This document shows positions 37,464-48,004 of a stretch of 64,000 nucleotides of DNA, piece by piece (position 1 is the stretch's first letter; every line of letters starts with the position of its first letter). Under the pieces are notes generated by a model. The model did not search any database, was not told the origin of the DNA, and was given only the letters and a program-made list of their open reading frames with translations. Source of the stretch: Octopus sinensis (lineage: Eukaryota); the NCBI RefSeq assembly GCF_006345805.1, contig NC_042997.1, positions 143,034,001-143,098,000 on the forward strand, read 5' to 3'. A program made the translations under genes and the position numbers.

Positions 37464-38489
37464 GTAATGAAGTACAACCATTTCTAATTATTATAGACAT
37501 AAGAATCTTAAATCAAGTAGAAAATTTTATGCATCAAACATATATCTGCATGCATATCTACGTGTATTTAGTGTTTGTGTGTGTGTGTGTGCGAGATATA
37601 TATATATATATATCAACATTTAAACACATTAATCAACTTAGATCCATTAGTCCAAAATATTAATTATATATATATATAATCATTTGCATCACAGAACTCC
37701 AGCAGCCTAGTTCTCTCCTCATTGCAGGAACCAAATCCAAAGCCACCATGTACACCATGGAAGCTCCTTGCATGTTGTCCAATATGCCAATTGAAGTCGT
37801 CATCCACAAAGAGAAGGTCCTGTCATTTGTCGATGCAAATAATAATAATGAGATAGAATTGGACGTTTGCATTCTTAACTAGAGCTATAACCAACATTTT
37901 TCAGTCAGCCAAACTGACAAAATTAGATAAATGAATAACAATGTTTGTGGAAAGTGTTTATTTGGCCTTTTTTTTTTCTTTTACAAATATAATTCTTATG
38001 TTACTAAATCATCATGTTTAATTTACATCCACTGTCCATGCCAGCATGTTTAATTTACTGATTCAACAGGATCTGACAGATCAGAGAATCATGCCTTGCT
38101 CCAAGTTCTCAATTTTGGTATGGTTTCTATGGTTGGATATCCTCCCTAACATCACCCACTTTAGAGAATGAACTAGATGTTTTTTTTCTCCACTACACCA
38201 GCGACATAAAGATTGCCCTGCACTCAGCAAGATGAAAGAATGAATATAATCATCCTATTTACATTCATTGACTGTTTTCAATTCGAATATTATGAATTTT
38301 TACACGACTGGTAGAATTGGTAGTGCTACAGATGAAATGCCTTGTGTTACATCTGTCTTCGTTCATAACTGATTCATTCATCACAGATTGAGTAACATGA
38401 GTATACTCAATTGTGAACTGTTTCATTTATCCCATTCATCTGTGATAACATGATAACCTGTGTGTGTACACATTTATATATATATATAT

Positions 38490-38735
38490 ATATCATCATC
38501 ATGGCTCGGCTTCGCGAACGAAGATCAGGAAGGCTGTCCACGTCGTGTGCATGCACACTCATGGCTGACAAGTCCGAAATGGGAAAGGCAGATCCGTGAG
38601 CAGTGTCCACAGACGAAGGTAACATCCGGTGTGGTGTCAGAGGCGGCTTGCCCCTTCTTCCTGCGTCTCTTGTCTTTCAGTGCATCTCTTCTTTGTTCCT
38701 CAAACTAGCTGACTGCGTTGAAGATTGTGTGGCGA
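38490..38735 (-). mobile_element. 5'-truncated RTE LINE, distinct family with C-terminal Cys/His motif
   Basis: Minus frame RHTIFNAVS*FEEQRRDALKDKRRRKKGQAASDTTPDVTFVCGHCSRICLSHFGLVSHECACTRRGQPS*; short 3' UTR, (ATG)n tail; CpG-rich. Confidence 0.85.
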
Positions 38736-39367
38736 TATAGCATCAATATAAACTCATAAGTCAAATCTTCTGCAAAAGCACACCCCAGCAATCATCCTCA
38801 ATGCTTGGGATCTTGGAACAAAACCTATTTTTTCTCACATGTTCTATTATTTATTGATCAGTGATTCTTTTAACATGGTGTTTTTGCTTGTTGTTGCTTT
38901 TTTTTTTTTAAACCAAATACCAGTGATAAGTGAGGGTAGATGTATTTAGCTTTTGTCACTTTCGAGTCTGGGTTAATATCTTTTTCAGGAATAATAAAGT
39001 ATGCACCAGTCAAATACTGTGGGTCAGTGGATATAATCGATGTTACCCACCCTAAATTTCAACCCTCATGCCTAAACTAGGAATCGGCATGATGGCAAGT
39101 CAATGACAGAACCTCTGTGCAACTAGCTTCTCATCAAAACCATGTCTTGCTATCTTAAAAAGCAAGGCTATTTTGGGTACAGCATCTGAAACTAAGACAT
39201 GATAGTATTAGGAATGGTTTGAATCATTGGTCAATTTGATCAGAGCTGATCTGAGGTGGTGGTAGTGGTAGGGGAAAAACAACAGCAGTAACAACCAAAA
39301 TTGTGAACTTTTACCTTTGTGTTAATGAAGTGTTTTAGTAAACTATTATTATTTGTTATTTTTCAAG

Positions 39368-39451
39368 CTACCAGAACATCATACTGGCCATGCAGCAGCA
39401 GCAACATCAGAAAATACAAGGAAACAAAATGAGGTTTCTCAAAATGAACCT
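39368..39451 (+). CDS. SUCO: SUCO exon: LPEHHTGHAAAATSENTRKQNEVSQNEP
   Basis: ttatttttcaag acceptor, CCT|gtgagt donor, 84 nt, phase 0/0, open. Confidence 0.8.
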
Positions 39452-39782
39452 GTGAGTATTTTTCACAATTATTTCTGATACTTATTTATCTATACCCTTT
39501 ATTAGATATGCTGCATTTTCTTAGTAATTTTTTTTTTTGTTTTGGTCTTTTGAAAGAAGACTAAATTTTATTTTAATCACAGATCTCTAAATTAGAATTT
39601 AATACAGACTCCTTGTTTTGTTGAAACTGATAATGTTAAAATCTTTGATTTGCTAAGTAGACTGTATTTTCCAAAGCTTTAAGTACAATATTTAAAGCAT
39701 CAAGCTAGAAACCATCAGTGCAATATCTTATCATTAAATTAGTTATTGCACGTTTCTCACTTGCTATAATAGCATTCTTTTA

Positions 39783-39819
<37 letters not shown>

Positions 39820-39821
<2 letters not shown>

Positions 39822-40200
39822 TAGCAGTATCGCCCGGCGTTGCTCAGGTTTGTAAGGGAAATATCTATAAAGCATTTTTAGAGAGTTATAGCCAAAAAAT
39901 AGCAAAAAAATGGAAAAAATGATGGTAAATTTTTTTTTTGATAGTTAAAAAAGGTGGAGTTGCGTCCCCTACACAGTTTGTGGTTTGTGTTCCTGATTCT
40001 CGACCCTATGTCGAATTTATCGATTTTTTTCAGAACTGGGGGAACTTTTCAAAATTTTCGCTGCGTTAGTTTTGAATTATGACATTGGGCTATGTGTGTG
40101 TCAAGTTTCATCAGAATCGGTTGAAAGCCGTGGTCAGGGTGAGGGTACAAGCAAACACACACACAGAAACACGCACAGACAAACTGCCGTTTATATAGAT
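39820..40200 (+). mobile_element. Non-autonomous Helitron-like element in a (TA)n tract
   Basis: actagcagtatcgcccggcgttgctcagg start, aagtttcatcagaatcggttgaaa block, (ACAG/AC)n, ...gtttatatagat end; architecture like Lep1/DINE-type Helitrons. Confidence 0.65.
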
Positions 40201-40378
40201 ATATATATATATATGTATGTGCAATTGTATCTGTGATGTTTGGTTCAGTTCCACTGCACTGCACCTTGGCCAAGTATCTTCTACTAGACAATACTTGCCC
40301 AAGGTTTTACACTTACCCTAAGATTATTATTAACTATTTCTATAAAAATATTTTTAACGGTGTTTAATGTCTTTTCAG

Positions 40379-40479
40379 AAGGATTCAGAAAATAAACATA
40401 GTGAAACACCAGAGAAAGAAATTGAAAAGAAAACAGAACCAGAAAGTGACCAATCTAAGGAGAATCTTGAACATAGCAA
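40379..40479 (+). CDS. SUCO: SUCO exon: KDSENKHSETPEKEIEKKTEPESDQSKENLEHS(K)
   Basis: gtcttttcag acceptor, CAA|gtaaga donor, 101 nt, phase 0 in / 2 out, acidic low-complexity coding. Confidence 0.87.
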
Positions 40480-40524
40480 GTAAGAGGACTTTTATATGTA
40501 AAAATCTGCTACAATTATATTGTG

Positions 40525-41868
40525 TTAACCTTTTAGCATTTAAGCTGGCTAGATCCAGCCCCAAATATTCAGATCGAGTCTTTCTCATTCACAGATGTAT
40601 TTGCTCAAGTTGCTTTCTATTTTGGTGTATCGATGCAACCTTGAATTTTGATTACGATCAACCAATTATTTTATTTCTTAAATTAAAGAACCTGATGTTA
40701 TTTAGAATTAAAGTTTAGAAATTTGGGTAATTTTAGCCAATCAACAGACAGCGTGGCATTAGCAGCTTGTTACCATGACAACTGCATGCTGTGTTGTGGT
40801 TCACTGTTGTCTGTTCTGCTGTGGTCTATGTTGATTTTCCACACTTAGTATTTTTACATATTTTTCATTTCATAGATTTTCATATATTTTCGGGTCTCAT
40901 TGACTCAGATAGCCAGATTTATGATTTCACTAGGTTAATGCTATTCATAAAAATTTAAATTGGGAGTATTTCTTAAACCGTTAGCTCCACTTTTCAACAG
41001 CTTCACTGAAATTTAGCACACTTAACAGGAACTGGGAGGGATATAGTGGAACAGAGAAACTGTGGGTGATACAGATAATTTGACATTATTTTAATTCTGC
41101 ATGCAAAAACACATAAGATACAGGTATTCTTTTCCTTGGGACAAATTCTTTGTTGACCAGTATTATTCTTATTGGAGTTTTGGAGACAGACGCCCCCCTT
41201 TTCTTTCTCTCTCTCTCTCTAACACATACACACACACTTATATATTTAATGATGTACATAAATACATGGCAGGTATATATGATTAATACTGAAGTACGCA
41301 TAAAGTAAACACATGCAGACAGATGTATTAATATAACAATTTTTTTTAAAATGATAAAAACATACAATCAATGAAGAGACAAAGGAAACAGTAAGATGAT
41401 ACATGTTGATTTTATTAGGTATTTATGTTTATTTAAAAACCTACAATGAACAGGTCAGACGCTAAACTAAAGAAATTCACAGGGTACAACCATAAAGTTG
41501 ACACCACTCTGCTAAATGCAGAAAATTTCTGTCTCGCTATTAGCTAAAAATACCCAGTTTTTTTTAATTTTAAACCTCTGTGACGTTTTTCTCCAATTTT
41601 TTCTCTACAACATCATACCTTCAAATCAATGCGACTGATTTTCAGATTTTTTACTTCCATTTAAAAAATGCATATTTTGTGAATGAAAAAAAACTCGATC
41701 CAAATATTCAACTTGTTCCATGTTCAGAACAGCCAAACCTGACCTTTCACACCTACTCTAAAATGTCATTCTAAAGATATAGTCACCTCATTGAAGTCTT
41801 GAAGCTATGAAATAATGTATGATAAATTCAAAAATTTGTGAATAAATAAGCATTGAACATGACAGAGT
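40525..41868. mobile_element. piggyBac-type MITE (ccctttagc family) split by the MULE
   Basis: ttaaccttttagcatttaag...caaatattca | caaatattcaacttgttccatgttc...gacagagtaatc. Confidence 0.75.
40572..41700. mobile_element. Mutator-like (MULE) non-autonomous element
   Basis: Perfect 10-bp TSD caaatattca (40562-40571, 41701-41710); termini gatcgagtctttctcattcaca / tgtgaatgaaaaaaaactcgatc; inverted similarity persists ~180 bp inward; host piggyBac MITE is contiguous across it. Confidence 0.8.
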
Positions 41869-42074
41869 AATCATCATCATTATCATCATTTAATGTCTGT
41901 TGTCCATGCTGGCATGCTGGCATGCTGGAAGGTTGCACCAGGCTCCAGTCTGATTTGGCATGGTTTTCTATGGCTGAATGTCCTTCCTAATGCCAACCAC
42001 TCCGAGAGTTTAATGGGTACTTTTACATGCCACCAGCACAGGTGCCATTTGTGTAACACCAGGGCGCATTTACG

Positions 42075-42184
42075 GTATATCAGCCGAAACGTATTAACAT
42101 CAAACTAGATGAGGACAAATATCCGTCAAATATAAATAATGTAAATAATGTACATAATTACTCATCTCTTAAATATAGAACTGA
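42075..42184 (+). mobile_element. Penelope-like 3' terminal fragment (putative)
   Basis: atatcagccgaaacgt..gatgaggacaaatatccgtcaaat..ctcatctcttaaatatagaac; homologous to 21175-21275. Penelope assignment is inference. Confidence 0.45.
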
Positions 42185-44193
42185 ACAAATATATAGATTT
42201 TCGTGAGCCAACAAGTGAGTTCCTATGCAGTCATTTAGCCTGCTAGAAATAGTAACCTAATCTTAAGTTACATCCTGCTAAGAAACTAGCCAAGCAATTA
42301 AGATTTGCTCAAAGTTTAGATTTATGCAATAATGACAGTTATCAGAAGGTGACATTTATGTTTTCTTCAAGTTGGATTTTATTGATTTTTAACACTATCA
42401 AGCCTTGTGTTTACATTAACAAAATCATTAACTCTGGAGAAAATGTTACGTCACACATACTCTGACAATTGTCTTTCTTGTATAAACCTGAACTTTGAGC
42501 AAATCTAAGTTGTTATTTAGCCACTTGTAATATTACTATTAGTAGTGGTAGTGATGATGGTGGTGGTGGTGGTAGTGTTGATAGTAGTATTTAGAGTACC
42601 TTGGACCAAATTTATGTCTTTTTCCTTTTTGCTAATATGATACAATTTGAAGGGTTTTTGGCTGCTATTTCTTTCCCAAGTAGTTAACAATGAAAAATTA
42701 TTCCCATTAGAAATCAAAATCAATGACTGGACTGATCTTAAAAAAAAAATCTACTTTGATGACAATAGTGGTGGCAGCTCCTCCTCCTCTTCCTCAGACA
42801 CAAGACAAATTTTTTTGTGAGGGATAAAGGGAATAGATGAATGCATAAAATAAGATTTTGAACATTTGAAATAAATTCTGTAACAAATTTTGGACATATG
42901 GATATACTTTAATTTCACCGTTAGTCAAACCAGGTGATGGATTAAGTTTCCTACCCAACTAACACAAGAATAAATACTGCAATCATCTAGCCCAGCATTC
43001 TTACAGTTCTACCAATCCATCCCTTTCTCATGAGTGCATGCCTGGCTGTGTAGTTATGAAGTTTGCTTCCAAACCTTATGGTTTTGTGTCTCCTTGTCTG
43101 GACATTGCATAATCTTTGTAAATGAATGTCATTCATTTCCAATATTCTGTGGAAAAAATGTCTGACCATAGGGAAATATTACTTTGCTTGGAAATAGGTA
43201 AGGGTTGGTGGCAGGAATGGCAATGCAGCCATAGAAAATATGCCTCAGTAAACCTTGCTTGACCCATGCAGGTATGGAAAATTGGACATTAAAATGATGA
43301 TGATGAATGAAATGAGATATAAGGAAAGCTTCTAGCAATGCAGGAAGTTTTAAAAGGCTTTATATTTCAGGCACAGAGGCCTGTATTCAGAAGAATACAG
43401 TCAAAGAAATAAGTATTTACATAAAGCTTGCCATTTTGGATAGTCTGGTGTTTGAGTTATCAGCAGCAGCAACTCCCCATATGTTGGTGTAGGAGTTAGC
43501 AGCAGTAACTCCCGCTGTTCAAGAATTTGAACCTGGAGATCTCCATTTCCAGCAACTTCGAGGGCCACCTCCTAGTGGTGTCGGGTGTCAACGAAGAATC
43601 CTCAACTACAACAAGACAACTAAAGTTTTTTTTTTTCGAAGGTCTGGGGTCTCCCGCCCCTAAGCCCTAGACTATCACCTAATCACCCTTACCCGTCTTG
43701 TTGCTTAACAACAACAACAGTAACTCCCTAGCTGTTTGGTGTAGTCAGTGTCAAAGAGGTTGTGTTGGGGACGGTGTGATGATGTCACTCTGAATTGGTG
43801 CCTTTTTTTTTGTCCCCCCTCCCACTTCTGAAAGGATGAAAGGCAGAGATGACTTTGGCAAAACTGGGAATGCAGAGTGTTGGAACAAATATTTTGAGGT
43901 GTTCTATCCAATGTTCTAACAATCCTGCCAGTTCACAGTTTTAAGCAAGATTCTCAAAAAGCATGAGATTTCTGCTGATGTATGATAGGTTGTTGGGTTA
44001 CCTTCTTTGATGATGGGATACACTGCAATATATCTCTGGTGGTGGGTGGAGAGAGGGAGGGAAACAGATCCATATTTCTGATAAAACAGACTACATGGTA
44101 AAGCAGATGTATTTATTCTGCACATCTGTAATTTTCTCATATGTATATAAAATAAATTAAAATATTACTTGACACCCACTGCAATTCAATACA

Positions 44194-44378
44194 AAATAAT
44201 CCAAACAGTTTTCATGGCTTTACTGCAACTCAAATATATCATATTGCATGCAATGACATCATCATCATCATCGTCGTTTTAGAACGGACGTTAAACGACG
44301 ATGATGATGATGATGTCATTGCATGCAATATGATATATTTGAGTTGCAGTAAAGCCATGAAAACTGTTTGGATTATTT
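44194..44378. repeat. Perfect inverted repeat, 86-bp arms, 13-nt spacer
   Basis: 44194-44279 is the exact reverse complement of 44293-44378. Confidence 0.97.
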
Positions 44379-44489
44379 AAATAGAATTTTCCAGTATATT
44401 TCATCAGTTCTGTCCAATCTCTGATTGGTCATAAGTCAGTCAACATAAATATAAAGCTTCTTGCTCGATTGTAACATATTGCACTTTGT

Positions 44490-44890
44490 TGTTGGTTAGC
44501 TCTGGATTAGCTCAGATCAAGATGACTTATGATCAAAGCCAATCCAGCTGTGGCCATCCCATGCTATCATTTTCCTATGTGCTAAGAACCCAGGACCACA
44601 TTATCCAACATATCTTTGTCTAAGGTGTGAGGGATATTAGGCTGCTACTTCAAGCATATCAAGCTGCCACCTGGAAGCTCCCTATCATTGTTTAGCTCTG
44701 GGTTAGCTCAGATCAAGTTGACTTTTGATCAAAAGCAGTCCAGCTGTGACCATCCCATACCATCTTTTACCTATGTGCTAAGAACCCAGGACCACATTAT
44801 CCAACATATCTTTGTCTAAGGTGTGAGGGATAGCTGGCTGTTATTTCTAGCATATCAAGCTACCACATAGAAGCTCCCTATCATTGGTTC
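44490..44890 (+). repeat. Tandem duplication (~200 bp x2) of an unclassified interspersed repeat
   Basis: Units ~44494-44692 and ~44693-44890; family also at 10610-10790, 18415-18790, 23810-23980, 55530-55910. Confidence 0.9.
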
Positions 44891-45302
44891 ATGTTGCATT
44901 TGATATATGAGAATGGTGTGTCAAAGTCCCAGTTACTGCTCCGTTTCACTCTAGAGAATTAGCAGGGGAATACTTACATCTGCTGTTTAATTCGTGAACA
45001 TAGTAACTGAAGCTTGGCAATCAAATATCCCTGCACATATAGTGCCTCGAGAAAGGATGTGTGTTCTTGATTTAGAATCTCAGATCCTATTTCTTTGATT
45101 TAGATAATACTAATAATGATAGTACTTGATATTGGATACAGCATAAATAATGGCTAAATGATACAAGAAATTAGTTTTATAACTGCAGGAAATAGTAAAT
45201 TTTCTTGTTGGTCATTCATTTTCTGGACTATCCTTTGTTGTTTAACAATATGTTACTCAGCATTTGCTATGGTTTGACAATTTTATTTTGTTAGCATCAT
45301 TA

Positions 45303-45830
45303 CATCATCATCATCATCGTTTAACGTCCGCTTTCCGCGCTAGCACGGGTTGGACGGTTCGACCGGGGTCTGGGGAGCCAGGGGCTGCCCCAGGCTCCAG
45401 TCTGATCTGGCAGTGTTTCTACAGCTGGATGCCCTTCCTAACGCCAACCACTCCGCGAGTGTAGTGGGTGCTTTTTACGTGCCAGCGGGGTCTGGCATCG
45501 GCCACGATCAGTTGGTGCTTTTTTTTTTTTTTTTTTTGTGCTACCGGCACAGAAGCCAGTCAAGGCGGTGCTGGCATCGCTCACGTTCGGATGGTGCTTT
45601 TTATGTGCCACCAGCACAGAAGCCATTCGAGGCGGGGTTGGCATCGGTCACGTTCGGATGGTGCTTTTTATGTGCCACCGGCACAGAAGCCAGTGGAGGC
45701 TGCACTGGCAACGGCCACGTTCGGATGGTGCTTTTTATGTGTCACCGGCACAGGTATCACAACTACTGTTTCCATTGATATTTGGTTCGATATTCATGTG
45801 CCACCGGCACGAATTTAATCTGTAAGCTAA
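45303..45830 (-). mobile_element. Young RTE LINE 3' UTR copy containing a 67-bp VNTR
   Basis: (cat)n-cgtttaacgtccgc tail, CpGs intact; ggtgcttttt recurs at 45514, 45593, 45660, 45727. Confidence 0.85.
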
Positions 45831-46682
45831 CCCTACTAGTGCTGGTACCACAAAAAAAAAAAAAAAAAAAGCATTCTGTAAAACGCAGTTAGCTGGAAGT
45901 AAAGAAAAGAAAAGTTCTTTCTCACACAGGGCTGGTTTCCATGGCATATATAAATTCCCCACTTGGATGGGCTACTGGTCAGTTGCAGGATTATTAATTT
46001 CTGCCAGCTGAGTGAACTGGAGCAACGTGAAATGAAGTGTTTTGCTCAAGAATACAATATGTCACCTGGTCCAGGAATTGAAACCACTATCTTACTATCA
46101 TGAGTCTAACACTCTAACCACTAAGCTATGTGCCTCCACAAGCTGGAAGAATTGTTAGAATGTCAGACAAAATGCTCAACAGTATTTCTTCCAGTTTTTC
46201 GCATTCTGAGTTCAAATTCTGCCAGAGTTTCTTTCCATCCCTTCGGGGTCGGTAAAACAAAGTATCAGTCAAGTACTAAAGCTGATGCAATCAACTTGCT
46301 TCCCCGCTGCACAAAATTGCTGGCCTTAATACCCTGCAACTGACCAGCATTCCATTCTGGGGGAATATTGTGATGGGTCTCAGTCACTTATGCACCATGG
46401 AAACATGGTCACTGATCTTACGAATTCTAGGGTTTGAGAAAAAAAATAAATGGGGGGAAAAAAAAACACTCTAAAGTGGTTAGTGTTAGGAAGGGCTGGT
46501 TCGAGAAACCATTCCATAACTGAGATTGGAACACAACGTGGTCCTCCAACTCATGCTGACATTGAAGGCCAATGTAAAATGCTGATGTTGCAGTTGTAAT
46601 ATTTAAAAAAAAATTCAAGTTGATATATGGTTGTGTTGGTATTTTGTCATATTTAGAAAATATTTCTGTTTTTATTGTCTAG

Positions 46683-46835
46683 ATCTGAACATTCCGAAAA
46701 AATTCCTCCTGTAGTTGTTGAGGTAATACCGTCCAAAGTTTCAACTGAACAAGCCTCTTCTGAATCAACTATGACAGTGAGCAGTCCAGAGTCTACAGCA
46801 GACAGCACAAAACAAACAGAAGAAACAGAAGCAAG
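46683..46835 (+). CDS. SUCO: SUCO exon: SEHSEKIPPVVVEVIPSKVSTEQASSESTMTVSSPESTADSTKQTEETEA(R)
   Basis: ttttattgtctag acceptor, AAG|gtaagc donor, 153 nt, phase 2/2, S/T/E-rich. Confidence 0.88.
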
Positions 46836-47002
46836 GTAAGCCAACATTTATTTTATTGTTGTTACTCGGCAATGGTTGATTGTGCTGGACCAACCTTGCT
46901 CTTTGTCACATGCATGCACATGCAAATGAAGCCTTCATTAATGATCAAACAACTTGTTAAATGTTATGGGACATAGAAATTTTGATTTTAACTTATTTCT
47001 CT

Positions 47003-47051
<49 letters not shown>

Positions 47052-47622
47052 GTCTTTCCTTCTCTTCCTCCCCCACTCTCAAGAGGCTTCATTTGTTATG
47101 TTCTCTTTCTTTTCTCCCATCCTGTGCGTCATTTTTCTCTCACTGTTCTCTCCCCTCAGGCCTGCCCACGTGACCCCTCCCATGTCTTTTCCCCCCTTCA
47201 ATGACTCCAGATTTCATACCAACCTTCTTTGTTTCTACCTTTCTCATTCTCTTTTTCCTACATTGTTCATTCATACCTGTCCTTATAATGTAGGATAACC
47301 CTAGACACACCCTATACCAGCCAGCTTATCACCTGTTTGCCCTGCCCCTTTCTTTCTCACTAACGTCTGACTTCTATATCCCCAATAACACATTCCCTCT
47401 TACTCTTTTCACTACCACCCTCTCACAACTATAAATCTGTTCCTCTCATTGTATTTATCCCCTCTCCTCACCCTGTCTAGAATCATTTCACTCTCTCTCT
47501 TCTATCCTCTTTTGCTTGTAGACACCACTTTTAGCCTCTAACAAGTCTTGCAAATTATAAGGCAACCATGAAAAAAGCAGCCAGTACACTCTGTAAAGTG
47601 GTTGGCATCAGGAAGGGCATCT

Positions 47623-48004
47623 GATGGAATTCTGCTTTAAGTACCCCGATATAAGCCCTCATAACTCATTTTTTGGACATCTCAAGACCACCTCATACCT
47701 TCCTCATTTGTTTGTCAGTCTGACATGTTAATGTTTTTCAATATCTTTCTCCTCATAAACACATTTAACAGTTTATTGCTGGGATTTAAGCCAAAAATTT
47801 GGATTGCCTGTATTTTAAACTGTGATTTTAAAAAAGTTTGAAAAATTAACCAAAAAATTTTTCAATAAAATTTTTCAGAAATTATTAAAAAAAATTTTTT
47901 TCATAGTTGCGAGAAATTCTCATGTAGAATACAAATTCACAAAAATTTTCTGAAAATTTCAAGAAATTAAAGTTATGAGGGCATGCTTAAAGCAGAATTC
48001 CGCC
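47623..48004. mobile_element. MITE with 8-bp TSD nested in an RTE 3' UTR copy
   Basis: TIR core ggaattctgctttaag / cttaaagcagaattcc plus sub-terminal gccctcataact / agttatgagggc; flanks gggcatct / aggcatct; host gttggcatcaggaagggcatc|agctacagaaacc resumes. Confidence 0.8.

Noticed and set aside
40769-40782. RFX X-box-like GTTACCATGACAAC
   Set aside because: A single imperfect match inside a transposon interior, with no promoter context.
45460-45830. CRISPR-like repeat-spacer array
   Set aside because: The apparent spacers are homologous to each other, the array lies within a LINE 3' UTR, the DNA is eukaryotic and there are no cas genes.
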